Positions 50,143-62,996 of a stretch of 64,000 nt of DNA are shown in pieces. Every line of letters begins with the position of its first letter. The stretch's first letter is position 1. A program made the translations under genes and the position numbers. Source of the DNA: Alphaproteobacteria bacterium (GTDB lineage Bacteria > Pseudomonadota > Alphaproteobacteria > JAAXGF01); assembly GCA_963555825.3 (NCBI GenBank), contig CAUVXB020000001.1, positions 1,408,001-1,472,000 of the forward strand, read 5' to 3'. The notes beneath the pieces were generated by a model that saw only the letters and a program-made list of their open reading frames with translations, was not told the origin of the DNA and made no database searches.

Positions 50143-51444
50143 ATGAGCGAAATTCGATTCACGCCAGATTTCAAGGCGACGCCGTACTGGTGGGACGCGG
50201 CGCCGCGCCCCGTCCTGCCCGAGACGCCCTTGCCCGCCGCGGCCGACGTCGTCGTCATCGGCTCGGGCAACGTCGGGCTCTCGGCGGCGCTGACGCTGGC
50301 GCGCGGCGGGCGCGACACGCTGGTGCTCGACGCCGAGGAGATCGGCCATGGCGCGAGCACGCGCAATGCCGGCTATGTCGGCCGCACGCTGTGGGCCAAA
50401 TTCGGCGCGCTCGCGGCCCAGCTCGGGCCTGAGCGCGCCAAGGCGCTGGCAGCCGAGGCGGTCGCCTCGCACCACTTCGTCGTCAAGCTGATCGAGCAGG
50501 AACAGATCGCCTGCCACTTTTCGTACTGCGGGCGCTTCATTGCCGCCGAGACGCCGGGCCAGTATGCGATGTTGGAGCGTGACCTCGAGGACATGGCCAA
50601 GGCCGGCCTCGAGATCGACGGCGAGATGGTGCCGGCGGCCGGGCAGCGCGCCGAGGTCGGCAGCGACTATTACCAAGGCGGCATGGTGCTGCGCGGCACC
50701 GGCGCACTGCATCCCGGCCTGTTCCACCAGGGCCTCGTGGAGCGCGTCATCGGCGCCGGCGCGACGGTCATCGACAAGACGCCGGTCACCGCCATCGCGC
50801 GCGACGGCGACGGCTTCGCGGTCGCGACGCCGCGCGGCACGGTGCGCGCGCGCGACGTCATCGTCGGCACCAATGGTTATACCGGGACGCCGACGCCCTA
50901 TATGGCGCGGCGCATCCTGCCGGTGCCGGCCTATATGATCGTCACCGAGCCGCTCGGCCCCGCGCTGATGAAGAGCGTTTTGCCGACCGGCCGCACGCTG
51001 ATCGATTCCAAGGTCAACATCTTCTGGTCGCGCCCCACCCCCGACGGCGAGCGGCTGATCTTCGGCTCCCGCACGGGCATGCGCGAGGACGACCTGCGCG
51101 TCAAGGCGGGCCAGATCCGCGGCGACATGCTCAAGGTGTTTCCCCAGTTGGAAGACGTCCGCGTGAGCCACTGCTGGACCGGCAACATGGGCTTCACCTT
51201 CGACAAGCTGCCGCACACCGGCAGCCACGAGGGCGTCGAATTCGCCATGGGCCTGTGCGGCGTCGGCATCCCGATGGGCACCTATCTGGGCCACAAGACG
51301 GCGCTCCGCGTGCTCGGCGACCCGGCCGCGGCGACCGCCTTCGACGGCCGCCCCTTCCCGACGCGGCCGTTCTACACCGGCAAGCCGTGGTTCCTGCCGC
51401 TGGTCATCGCCTGGTACCGCCTGCGCGACCGCCTGGCGCGTTGA
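50143..51444 (+). CDS. FAD-dependent oxidoreductase (DadA/PuuB-like)
   Basis: IGSGNVG, GASTRNAG, GTNGY and WTG motifs. Confidence 0.9.
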   Translation: MSEIRFTPDFKATPYWWDAAPRPVLPETPLPAAADVVVIGSGNVGLSAALTLARGGRDTLVLDAEEIGHGASTRNAGYVGRTLWAKFGALAAQLGPERAKALAAEAVASHHFVVKLIEQEQIACHFSYCGRFIAAETPGQYAMLERDLEDMAKAGLEIDGEMVPAAGQRAEVGSDYYQGGMVLRGTGALHPGLFHQGLVERVIGAGATVIDKTPVTAIARDGDGFAVATPRGTVRARDVIVGTNGYTGTPTPYMARRILPVPAYMIVTEPLGPALMKSVLPTGRTLIDSKVNIFWSRPTPDGERLIFGSRTGMREDDLRVKAGQIRGDMLKVFPQLEDVRVSHCWTGNMGFTFDKLPHTGSHEGVEFAMGLCGVGIPMGTYLGHKTALRVLGDPAAATAFDGRPFPTRPFYTGKPWFLPLVIAWYRLRDRLAR

Positions 51445-51448
51445 GCCT

Positions 51449-52606
51449 CTACGCAAACAGCTTGGCCAAGCGTTCGACTGCTTCTTCCAGAACAGCATCC
51501 TGTTTGCAGAAGGCGAAGCGGGCGAAGTGGCGCACGTCGCCGGTGTCGTAGAAGGCCGAGAGCGGCACGCCGGTGACGCCGGCCTCGAGCGTGATGTGGC
51601 GGCAGAAGTCGACGTCGTCGCCGTCGAAGCCGAGCGGGCGAAAGTCGGCGCTGATGAAGTAGGTGCCAGCCGATTCGAGCACGCCGAAGCCGACCCGTTC
51701 GAGCCCGGCGCGCAACAGGTCGCGCTTGCGTTCCAGATCGCCCGCCAGGCCGGTGAAATAGGCGTCGTCCTTGGCCAGACCCTGGGCCACGGCGCGCTGC
51801 AGGTTTGGCGGCGTGGTGAAGGTCAGGAACTGGTGCGCCTTGGCGACCGTCGCGAGCGCCGCGGCGGCGCCGATCACCCAGCCGACCTTCCAGCCGGTCA
51901 GCGAGAAGATCTTGCCCGCCGAGCCGATGCGCAGCGTCCGCTCGGCCATCCCCGGCAGCGACATCAGCGGGACATGGCTCCGGCCGTCGAACAGCAGATG
52001 CTCGTAGACCTCGTCGCACACTGCATAGGCGTCGTGGGCGATCGTCAGCCCGGCGATGGCGGCCAACTCGTCGGCGCTGAACACCTTCGATGCCGGGTTC
52101 ATCGGGCTGTTCAGGAGCACCAGCTTGGTGCGCTCGGAGAACGCCGCGGCGAGCGCTTGCGCGTCGATCTTCCAGTCGGGCGGCTCGAGCCGTACCAGCC
52201 GGGGCGTCGCGCCGGCCCGGCGCACGATCGGCAGGTAAGAATCGTAGAGCGGCTCGAACAACACCGCCTCGTCGCCCGGCTCGAGCAAGCCGAACAGGCA
52301 ACTGGCGAGCGCCTCGGTCGCGCCCGAGGTGACCATGACCTCGGTCTGCCAGTCGTGCTCGAAGCCATAGAAGCGCTGGCCATGCGCGGCGAGCGCCTGG
52401 CGCAGCTCGGCCAGGCCCATCATCGGCGGGTACTGGTTGGGGCCCTCGACCGACGCCTCGGCCGCCGCCCGGCGCACGTCCTCGGGGCCGTCCTCGTCGG
52501 GGAAGCCCTGGCCCAGGTTGATCGCGCCGTGGTCGATGGCGAGCCGCGACATGACCTCGAACACGGTGGTGCCGAGACCCGAAAGAATACTGTTCGCCGG
52601 TTTCAC
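51449..52606 (-). CDS. Class I/II aminotransferase (YbdL-like)
   Basis: INLGQGFPD, NQYPP, DEVYE and SAGK.FSLTGWKVGW motifs. Confidence 0.9.
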   Translation of the reverse strand: MKPANSILSGLGTTVFEVMSRLAIDHGAINLGQGFPDEDGPEDVRRAAAEASVEGPNQYPPMMGLAELRQALAAHGQRFYGFEHDWQTEVMVTSGATEALASCLFGLLEPGDEAVLFEPLYDSYLPIVRRAGATPRLVRLEPPDWKIDAQALAAAFSERTKLVLLNSPMNPASKVFSADELAAIAGLTIAHDAYAVCDEVYEHLLFDGRSHVPLMSLPGMAERTLRIGSAGKIFSLTGWKVGWVIGAAAALATVAKAHQFLTFTTPPNLQRAVAQGLAKDDAYFTGLAGDLERKRDLLRAGLERVGFGVLESAGTYFISADFRPLGFDGDDVDFCRHITLEAGVTGVPLSAFYDTGDVRHFARFAFCKQDAVLEEAVERLAKLFA

Positions 52607-52731
52607 GATCGCCTCTCCCCTGGCCTGCGACGCCGAGCTTGGCAAATGCGACGGGCGCGCGCAAGCACCCGGCTTGCACCGCGTCCGATGATGCGACATC
52701 TTCGGACAGGATCGGCTGAGGATCGCACGGC

Positions 52732-54036
52732 ATGGCCAAACCGCTGCCCCACGACGATGCCGGCTGTGGCTGGTACAACGCCCTACCGCCGCCCGCACCG
52801 GCGCGCCCGATCGCCGGCGACGAGACCGCCGATTGGGTCGTGCTCGGCGCCGGCATCACCGGCCTCGCCGCGGCGCGCCGCCTCGCCGAATTGGCGCCCG
52901 ACGCGCGCATCCTGCTGATCGAGGCCCAGCGCGTCGGCTATGGCGCCTCGGGGCGCAACGCCGGCTTCATCCTGGAGACGCCGCACTACACGGAGGGCTG
53001 GCCCAAGGCGCGCAGCGAGCGGCTGTTGCGCATCTTCCGCGCCGGCGCCGATTACCTGCGCGAGGCCGTCGCGAGCTACGGCATCGACTGCCAGTGGACC
53101 GAAACCGGCCAGCTCAAGGGCGCCCATGGCGACGTCGCCATGCCCTATCTCGAAGGCTACTGCAAGGCGCTCGACGACCACGACTTGCCGTACGAGCGGC
53201 TCGATGCCGACGGCATGGCAGCGATCACCGGCACGCGTTTCTACAAGGCCGGCGTGAATGCGACCGGCATGGCGCTGATCCAGCCCGCGGCGCTCGCCCG
53301 CGGCCTCGCGGAATCGCTGCCGGGCAACGCCGTCGAGCTGCGCGAGGAGAGCCCGGTCACCGCCATCCATCCCGGATCGCCGGTGCGCATCGATTGCGCC
53401 GGCGGCACGATCACCACCAAGGGGCTGCTGCTCACCACCAATATCTTCACGCCATCGCTCGGTTACTTCGGCAATCGCGTCTTTCCGCTTTGGATGTTCG
53501 CCAGCCTGTCGCGCCAATTGACCGGCGACGAGGTTGCGCGGCTCGGCGGCGCGCCGTCGTGGGGACTGGTGCCGGCGCATCCGGCGGGCACCACCGTGCG
53601 CCACACGCCCGACCACCGAATATTGATCCGCAACACCGTGCGCTACCGTCCCGATTTGGGCGCCAGCGAGGCGATGCGCCGCCACGCCCGAAAACACCAT
53701 GTCGATTCGTTCAGAGCCCGTTTCCCGATGCTCGAGGGCGTCGAGCTCGAGCACACCTGGTCTGGCGGATTGTGCATGACGCGGAACGGCGGCACGATCT
53801 TCGGCAAGACGGATCAGGGCGTCTTCACCTCGATCGCATACAACGGCCTCGGACTGACGCGCGGCACCGCGTCGGGCAAAGCGCTCGCCGAACTCGCGCT
53901 CGGCCACGACAGCGCGCTGTTGCGCGACGTCCAGGCGATGCCCAAGGCGTCGACGCGCCCGCCCGATCCGCTGCTCGCGCTCGGCGTGCGCAGCTACCTC
54001 ACCTATCTGCAATGGCGCGGCGGCGCCGAACGATGA
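52732..54036 (+). CDS. FAD-dependent oxidoreductase (PuuB-like)
   Basis: LGAGITG, GASGRNAG and NGLG..RG motifs. Confidence 0.9.
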   Translation: MAKPLPHDDAGCGWYNALPPPAPARPIAGDETADWVVLGAGITGLAAARRLAELAPDARILLIEAQRVGYGASGRNAGFILETPHYTEGWPKARSERLLRIFRAGADYLREAVASYGIDCQWTETGQLKGAHGDVAMPYLEGYCKALDDHDLPYERLDADGMAAITGTRFYKAGVNATGMALIQPAALARGLAESLPGNAVELREESPVTAIHPGSPVRIDCAGGTITTKGLLLTTNIFTPSLGYFGNRVFPLWMFASLSRQLTGDEVARLGGAPSWGLVPAHPAGTTVRHTPDHRILIRNTVRYRPDLGASEAMRRHARKHHVDSFRARFPMLEGVELEHTWSGGLCMTRNGGTIFGKTDQGVFTSIAYNGLGLTRGTASGKALAELALGHDSALLRDVQAMPKASTRPPDPLLALGVRSYLTYLQWRGGAER

Positions 54037-55202
54037 CGCCCGCCGCCCGCATGTCGCGCCTCGGCACCGAAAGCGCCTTCGAGGTGCTGGCGCGCGCCAA
54101 CGCGCTGGCCGCCCAGGGCCGCGACATCATCAATCTCGGCATCGGCCAGCCCGACTTCCCGACGCCCGCGAACATCGTCGAGGCCGGCCGCAAGGCGCTC
54201 GCCGACGACCACCACGGCTACACGCCGGCCAACGGCATCGCCGCGCTGCGCGAGGCGGTCGCCGCCGACATTCTGGCCCGGCGCGGCATCGAGCTGCACC
54301 CCGACCGCATCGTCATCGTGCCCGGCGGCAAGGTCACCATGTTCTTCGCCATGATGATGTTCGGCGAGGCCGGCGCCGAGATCATCTATCCCGACCCTGG
54401 CTTTCCGATCTACCACTCGGTGGTGCGCTTCTCGGGCGCCGAGCCGGTGCCGATCGCGCTGCGCGCGGACAAGGGCTTCTCGATCGACGCCGACGAATTG
54501 CTCGGCCTGATCACGCCGCGTACCCGGCTGATCATCCTCAACAGCCCTGGTAACCCGACCGGCGGGATCATCGCCGTCGACGAACTCGACAAGCTGGCCG
54601 CCGGCCTCGAGGCGCACCCGCATGTCGCGATTCTCTCCGACGAGATCTATTCGCGCATGATCTACGACAACCACGCGCATGCGAGCCTGCTCTCCTATGA
54701 ATCGATTCGCGACCGGGTCATCCTGCTCGACGGCTGGTCGAAGACCTACGCCATGACCGGCTGGCGCATCGGCTATGGCGTGTGGCCCGAAAGCCTGGTC
54801 GAGAACGCCACGCGCTTCGCCATCAACGACCATTCCTGCGTCAACGCGGCGACGCAATACGCCGCGCTCGAAGCGCTGACCGGACCGCAAGACTCGGTCG
54901 ACGCGATGGTCGCCGCCTTCGACGAACGCCGCGAGGTGATCGCCGCCGAATTGAACGCCATCCCCGGCTTCCGCTGCACTCGCCCGCTCGGCGCCTTCTA
55001 TGCCTTCCCCGACATCACCGGCACCGGCCGGACCGCGCGTGAGCTCCAAGACCTGCTCTTGAACGAGGCCGGCGTCGCGACCATCGCCGGCGCCAGCTTC
55101 GGCGCCCAGGGCGAAGGCTTCCTGCGCTTCTCCTACGCCGCCTCGACCGACGACATCCGAGAGGCCATGGACCGCATCCGCGACTGTCTGACAGCCGCTT
55201 GA
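54033..55202 (+). CDS. Class I aminotransferase (aspartate aminotransferase-like)
   Basis: GQPDF, NSPGNPTG, DEIY, SKTYAMTGWRIG and LRFSYA motifs. Confidence 0.92.
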   Translation: MTPAARMSRLGTESAFEVLARANALAAQGRDIINLGIGQPDFPTPANIVEAGRKALADDHHGYTPANGIAALREAVAADILARRGIELHPDRIVIVPGGKVTMFFAMMMFGEAGAEIIYPDPGFPIYHSVVRFSGAEPVPIALRADKGFSIDADELLGLITPRTRLIILNSPGNPTGGIIAVDELDKLAAGLEAHPHVAILSDEIYSRMIYDNHAHASLLSYESIRDRVILLDGWSKTYAMTGWRIGYGVWPESLVENATRFAINDHSCVNAATQYAALEALTGPQDSVDAMVAAFDERREVIAAELNAIPGFRCTRPLGAFYAFPDITGTGRTARELQDLLLNEAGVATIAGASFGAQGEGFLRFSYAASTDDIREAMDRIRDCLTAA

Positions 55203-55451
55203 GAGGTCGTTCGGATCGCCCGACAAGACGGGCGTGTGCTGCCCGGATCGGCGTACGCCCTCACAGTACGAATTGGTCATGGCGTCGGGTTTCTAATCGC
55301 CACGCCAGCCCCACGATCGGCGGACTACGGCCTTACGTGTCCGTTCACAGACGGACTCGCGGTCCAATGCCCGTTGTGCTACTATAGTTGGTAATTTATA
55401 AAAATTAGTTCAACTTTAAGACTCAACCAGGGGTTTTCCGGTGGGGAGGCT

Positions 55452-58400
55452 ATGATGATAAAGAGGATTAGATTTGGTGTCACGGCGTTAGTTGGCGTCG
55501 TGACACTCATCGCGCTGGTCGTTTCCTGCGGTTCCCCCACGCCCGACCCGGTCGCCCTTAAGCCGCAACCGTTTGTACGTGGATACATTGCCGTTGACGT
55601 TCCTCAACCGGGCGGGAATGACGTGGTTGCCACGGGCGCGCGCCGTGGCCGCGACGTCTATCTACCCATGATCAAAGTGCATCTCTTGAATCTTCTCGAC
55701 GATTCGAGAGGGGATGCCGTGACGACGGACCTGTCCGGCCGGTTCACGTTGCCGGTTTCCGAGGGCCGCTACCGGATCTGTTGGGAAGGCGAGGGTTTTG
55801 TGCCGAGTTGCACAAAGAACATCGTCAGCGTTGGATCGGACCCCGTTCACGTCAGCACGATACGGATCGATATTTTGGAATCCTCCGAAACTTCGGTCGT
55901 TTACGGGCGTGTGCAGTTATCGGAGGGGTCCTCGTTCCGTCTGCTCGAACCCTCGGCCGACATCAATGTTTTTGGTCAGGTACGCCTGCTGGACGCGACG
56001 AATGCGGCTAGATACACCGCCCTGGTCAACAATTTTGGAGACTATTTGATCCCCAACGTACCCGTGAACGCCAACGTGTCCCTGGTCGCGCGTGTCAACA
56101 ACGGCGAGGTGGTTCAAGAGATAAACCGCAGGCGAACCTGGCTGGCGCTCCGTTTCACAGCATCGATTTGACGATCAACAACGCGCCGCCCCGAGTCCGG
56201 CCGTTGATCCCCAAGCACGATTCGGGTGATCGCGTTCAGGTTGCGGCGCCAGGCGAGTCGGTCACGATCGAGGCGGTCGCAGACGATCCGGATGGCGACG
56301 CGGTCAAGTTTCGTTGGTTGCTGGGCGCCGGGTCTGGAATTCTCAGCTCGACCACCGACGCGGTCGTGAAGTGGGGGCTGCCGATAACCGAAGGCATGTA
56401 CACGGTCACCCTCATCGCCACCGACGAGAAGGGCGGGCACGCGCGCCACAACATCTCGATTCGCGTCGACACCAAGGGCGTCGTCTTCTCCGGCCACGTA
56501 GTATCGACCGGTGGAGACCCGGTCATCGGCGCGCAGGTGACCATCAATGGCAGCCCGACCAAAACCGATCCCACCGGGTTCTTCCGCTTTCACGTGCCGG
56601 AGGAAGATCGTTACGTCCTCAATGTGAGTACGCAAGACTTCGGACTCCTCTCGCTTATTCTCGACCGAGGCGTAACGGGCGGCCGTTATCAGCTCGTCCC
56701 CGCGACGGTGACGACGGTGGATCCGACGCAAGAAATCGATGTCGTGGATGAACGCTCGCCACGCAATTGTCCGGGGCCGGCGAGCCTACATTTCGATCTA
56801 AAAACGTTCCCCGGTGGCGTGACGCCTATTTGGCAAGATGGCAAGGGTAACGTCATCGCGCCCGGCAAGGAGAGTTTGCCATCGCTTTCGCGGGACCGGG
56901 ACCGGGACCGGGACCGGAAGGGCTGCGGCGAAGGCGTACGCGTCCGCATACCGGCCAACTCGATCGAGGACGCGAACGGGAACCCACCCACCGGGCCCGT
57001 GCAGGTATCCCTCTCGACGGTAGACCCGATGTCGCCCGATCAGATGCCGGGCGATTATACCGTGGCCCTGTCGGCGGGCGGCACACAGGTGATGGAAAGC
57101 TACGGGGCCGCGACCATCAACATCGTCTCGGGCACAACCAAATTCAATCTCAAATCTGGCGCGTTCGCCGAAGTGACGATACCGGTGGACCCGGCACAGC
57201 TTGCTGCCGGCGCCCCCCTCGCCCCGACCATACCGCTGCTGTTCTATGACGAGGTGCAGGGCGTCTGGAAGGAGGATACCGTTGCAGCGCTGCAAGGCAC
57301 TGCCTACGTCGCCAAAATCAGCCATTTCTCGACCGTGAATACGGACGTGCTGAAGACCAACCAAGCCTGCGTAAGCGTCGACGCGTCCGACCCCGGCCTT
57401 CCCGGGAGCTTTCGAATGCAGGTCATCGTTCCACGTGGGGCCAACATCGCCCCGCGGGTGGTGGATCAACCGATCGACAACAGCCTGCAAAAAGAACACG
57501 CGATCTACAATCTGCCACCGGGCATCAACATCACCGTGGCGCCCTACGATGCCGTGACGAGAGTACCCTTCGGAACCTTCGTGGTGAACACCGGTGGCAT
57601 ACAGAACCCGACCGATCCGAACAAGCCGTTTGGTCCACCCTATTCGGCCTGTTCCACCACCGTGGTACTGACGCCTCAGGTACTTCCTGACAACCCCATC
57701 AGCGGTGAGTTTCTCCACGGTCTCTTCAGCTTCGCGGCTACGGAGCTGGTGGAGACCGATATTCCAATACCCGATACCCTGTCCAACCAGCTGGACACCG
57801 CGACCGTCAATTACTACGCCCGGGTGGACCCGACCGGAACGCGCCTGACCCTCGACGGCGCCACCGGCTTCAAGACGCACCATAGCTTCGGCGCGGGTGG
57901 CCCCAATTGCACCAACCTCGCCGCCGGCGAGACCTGTGCCATCTTCGCCAACAGCGGCGACCTGGGCTTCGGCCGCAAGATGCACTGTAAGAAGAACGGC
58001 GCAGACGCCGCTTGCTACGTGACCAACTACGGCAACATCAATACACTGGATACCGACGACGTCGCAGCGGCCGTCGCCAACAACGGTAAAGTTGCGACGG
58101 TGGCGATGGAGTTTGCGCCGATCGAAGGCGCCGGGGCCGACCCGGTTGTGAAGTTCTTTGTCTACAACGCCGCGGGTGATCGCGTGAACAACGCCGACCT
58201 GGACAACAAGGGCCTTCGTCCCATTCCGCAACTGTGCATGGTGTGTCATGGCGGCAATTATCCGGGTGGCGCTACCGTCGGTGTCCCGCCCTTCAGCGAC
58301 CCAAACGAGGCCAAGCTGGGGTCGCAGTTTATTGCCTTCGACATCCACAACTACACGTTCGCCGCGGCTCCGTTCGACCGGTCGGGCCAGCAAGCCGCCT

Positions 58401-59296
58401 TCAAGACGCTCAACGAACAGATCGTCATGGCGACGAATGTGAGCGACCACACCGCGCTCGTGATCGCCGAAATGTACGATGGCGACAACGGCTTTCCAGT
58501 GACCGATCAGGAAGAACTTCTGGTGATCGACGATACGGGCGAGCCGGTTGCCGCCGATCGCTGGACCGGTGCGCCGCCAAAACGAGATATGTACAAACAC
58601 GTCGTTGGAAATGCTTGTCGGACCTGCCACGCGACGCATCCCGTGCCCACGCTTCGATTCACAAATGCCAAGCAGATGATCAACATCCTCGGCAGCGTCG
58701 AAAGCCGGGTTTGCTCGGAGCGCGTGATGCCCCACGCCAAAGTGACCCATGACCTATTCTGGTTGAGTGTTGACGACGTGGATACGTCGGCCATCGAGCC
58801 CCATCAGCCAGGCATTCTGCAGGCCTTCGGCGATGACTTTGGGAACGCCGCCAACGGATGGCAAGGCACTCTCTGCGGTGTCTTCACCGGCGGCGCGCCC
58901 TCGCCACCGTCCGCGTTCAACGACATCAAGAACGATATCTTCACGCCCAAGTGCTCAGGCTGCCACTTAGGCGGATCGCCGCCGGGGAATATGAACCTGC
59001 AGGCGGCCAACGCCCACGCGCAGATCGTCGATATTAGTTCCTGCGAACGGCCGGTGATGGATCGCGTCGAACCCGGATCGGCCGTGGACTCGTACCTCTA
59101 CCGCAAGGTCAAGGGCGATCACACCGGCCTCTTGGGGTGTGATGCCAGTGCCTGCGGTGCCTTTGGCGTCGACGACGCGATAGGGTGCGGATTTCAGATG
59201 CCTTGGTCCGCCGGGGCGGTACCGTCATCATCGCCACTGTCGGGGCCAGAGTTGCTGCAGATCGAGGACTGGATCAACGTCGGCGCGCCAAACTGA
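55452..59296 (+). pseudogene. Large multi-domain tri-heme cytochrome c lipoprotein split by a 1-bp frameshift near 56123
   Basis: Lipobox LVVS|C; Ig/PKD- and carboxypeptidase-regulatory-like repeats; CMVCH, CRTCH and CSGCH; the -1 frame is open across the junction. Confidence 0.75.
56891..56917 (+). repeat. In-frame hexamer microsatellite (CGGGAC)x4.5 encoding RDRDRDRDR
   Basis: cgggaccgggaccgggaccgggaccgg. Confidence 0.8.
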
Positions 59297-59346
59297 CGTT
59301 CCCATCGATCGGTCGAGAAGGAGTTCTCATTCAGCGGGACCAACGC

Positions 59347-59515
59347 GACATCACCGACCACGGCACACGTGCCCGGTAGGGCCTGCTGCTCAACGAGGCC
59401 GGCGGCGCAACCATCGCCGGCACCAGCGGGCGAAGGCTTCCTGCGCTTCTCCTACGCCGCCTCGACCGACGACATCCGCGCCGCCATGCAGCGCATCCGC
59501 GATTGTTTGGCGTGA
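59347..59515 (+). pseudogene. Degenerate duplicate of the aminotransferase 3' end
   Basis: Encodes LLNEAG..TIAG..GEGFLRFSYAASTDDIR.AM.RIRDCL with a small internal deletion. Confidence 0.85.
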
Positions 59516-59539
59516 GGTGCTGCCCGATCGATATGCGAT

Positions 59540-59556
59540 TGCCTGTTTTCTAGGCA
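59540..59556. promoter_or_regulatory. NtrC-like enhancer site
   Basis: Palindrome TGCCT-N7-AGGCA about 75 bp upstream of the sigma-54 box. Confidence 0.55.
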
Positions 59557-59630
59557 ACTGCGTTCCAGGCTAATACCCGCCTGCCCCGGCTCGAACGGTG
59601 CGAGACATGGATTTCCAGGCCGCCCGGCAG

Positions 59631-59647
59631 TTGGCACGTTTCGTGCT
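59631..59647 (+). promoter_or_regulatory. Sigma-54 (-24/-12) promoter of glnB-glnA
   Basis: TTGGCACGTTTCGTGCT with GG-N10-GC spacing. Confidence 0.8.
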
Positions 59648-59657
59648 TCTCCCATAA

Positions 59658-60077
<420 letters not shown>

Positions 60078-60140
60078 ACAACCGACAACCAATCAGCCAC
60101 CGCCAATCAGCCAACGTCCAATCAAAAGGAAAACGATCCG

Positions 60141-61547
<1,407 letters not shown>

Positions 61548-61550
<3 letters not shown>

Positions 61551-61577
61551 GGTGAATTGAGTTAATCTTTCACCTTA
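61548..61577. terminator. Inverted repeat at the glnA stop codon
   Basis: TAAGGTGAA...TTCACCTTA. Confidence 0.4.
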
Positions 61578-61755
61578 AGATCAATCACCCTGTCTGGTCG
61601 ACGGCCCGGCGCGCTCGCGCCAGGCCGTTTTCGATTGACGCTGGGTTCGGCCGAGCCGCGCGAGCATCCAGCGATTGGAAGCTGTAAGATGGCTGCCGAT
61701 GTGTTGCTTGGCCGCCCGCCCTGCCCTGGGCGCCGGCCAATGAGGAAGCGCAGAC

Positions 61756-62724
61756 ATGAACATCCTGATCCTCACCGACTTCGTGCTGCCCGAGGTGACC
61801 GAGGCACAGCTCGAGGCGATCGAGATCGCCGCCGGTCCCGGCGCCAAGATCACGGTCGCCACCGACCGGGACGCCGCGCTGGCCGCCGCGCGCGAGACCG
61901 AGGTACTGCTCGGCGCCATCGACGCCGAGCTTTTCGCCCTCGCCCCAAACCTCAAATGGGTGCAGGCGGCGGCGTCGGGCGTCGACGCCATGCTGTTCCC
62001 GGAATTCCGCGACAGCGACGTCGTGATGACCGGCGAGAAGGGGCTGGTTGGGCCGCATCTCGCCGACCATGCCATGGCGCTGCTGCTGGCGCTCGTCCGC
62101 CGCCTCGCCGAGGCCGCCAAGGACGGTCCGGCGTCGTGGGACAAGCGGTTCGACTACCGGCGCCGAGAGCTGGAGTTGGAGGGCATGAAAATGGGCATCA
62201 TCGGCTTCGGCAGCACCGGGCGGTCGCTCGCCCAGCGCGCCGCCGGCTTCGACATGCGCGTCCGCGCGGTCGACCGCGATCCGGTGCCCGGCACGCCGGC
62301 GGTCCGGGTGGTCGAGCCGCTCGCCAGCATGCACGACATGCTCGGGGTCTCCGATGTCGTCGCGCTCTGCGCGCCGCTGACCGAGGAGACCAGGGGAATG
62401 TTCGATGCCGCGTGCTTCGCCGCCATGAAACCCGGCGCATTTCTGATCAACGTGACGCGCGGCGAGCTGGTGGTTCACGAGGCGATGGTCGCGGCGCTCG
62501 GTACGGGGCGCCTCGGCGGCGCCGGCCTCGACGTCCACCACGCCGAGCCCCTGCCCGCCGACGACCCGCTGTGGGGCCACCCGAACGTCGTCATGACCCC
62601 GCACACCGCGGGCGCGAGCCAACTGCGCGCCGGGCGCAACATCGACCGCTTCGTCGACAACCTGGTCCACTTCCGGCGCGGCGAGGCGCTGGTCGGCAAG
62701 GTCGACAAGGCGCTCGGCTATTGA
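61756..62724 (+). CDS. D-2-hydroxyacid dehydrogenase
   Basis: GIIGFGSTG, INVTRG, LDV...EP and TPHTAG motifs. Confidence 0.92.
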   Translation: MNILILTDFVLPEVTEAQLEAIEIAAGPGAKITVATDRDAALAAARETEVLLGAIDAELFALAPNLKWVQAAASGVDAMLFPEFRDSDVVMTGEKGLVGPHLADHAMALLLALVRRLAEAAKDGPASWDKRFDYRRRELELEGMKMGIIGFGSTGRSLAQRAAGFDMRVRAVDRDPVPGTPAVRVVEPLASMHDMLGVSDVVALCAPLTEETRGMFDAACFAAMKPGAFLINVTRGELVVHEAMVAALGTGRLGGAGLDVHHAEPLPADDPLWGHPNVVMTPHTAGASQLRAGRNIDRFVDNLVHFRRGEALVGKVDKALGY

Positions 62725-62986
62725 TACCAAGGAGCAGTGATAAAGGCCCCTAGAGATCGCGTCCGCTTTTCGCCGGGTAGGAAGGGAGCCGCGGGCGATG
62801 CAGCGCATCGGCTAGGCTACCTGACGCCCTCCGGCGATAAGCGGCCGCGACCCGAAGGGCGGCTTGCCGAGGCTCTCGGACATCGTTGCGCCCGCCTTGC
62901 GATGCGCCGCATCGCCGCGACGGTCGCGCCTAGCCGAGAACCACGGCAAGCCGTCTCTACGGGTCTTTATCACTGATCCTTGGTAT
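62724..62986. repeat. Structured palindromic element / MITE, type C, copy 2 (263 bp)
   Basis: Homolog of 49861-50123; the core TACC...GGTA is flanked by TGA on both sides, at the dehydrogenase stop codon. Confidence 0.9.
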
Positions 62987-62996
62987 GAGCCCCGCC

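Larger units (their letters stand above)
55203..59346. mobile_element. Lower-GC islet between duplicated aminotransferase 3' ends
   Basis: Imperfect direct repeat 55011-55202 vs 59347-59515; AT-rich leader; atypical codon usage; no integrase. Confidence 0.65.

Noticed and set aside
56798-58750. 650-aa minus-strand ORF
   Set aside because: Antisense shadow of the cytochrome gene
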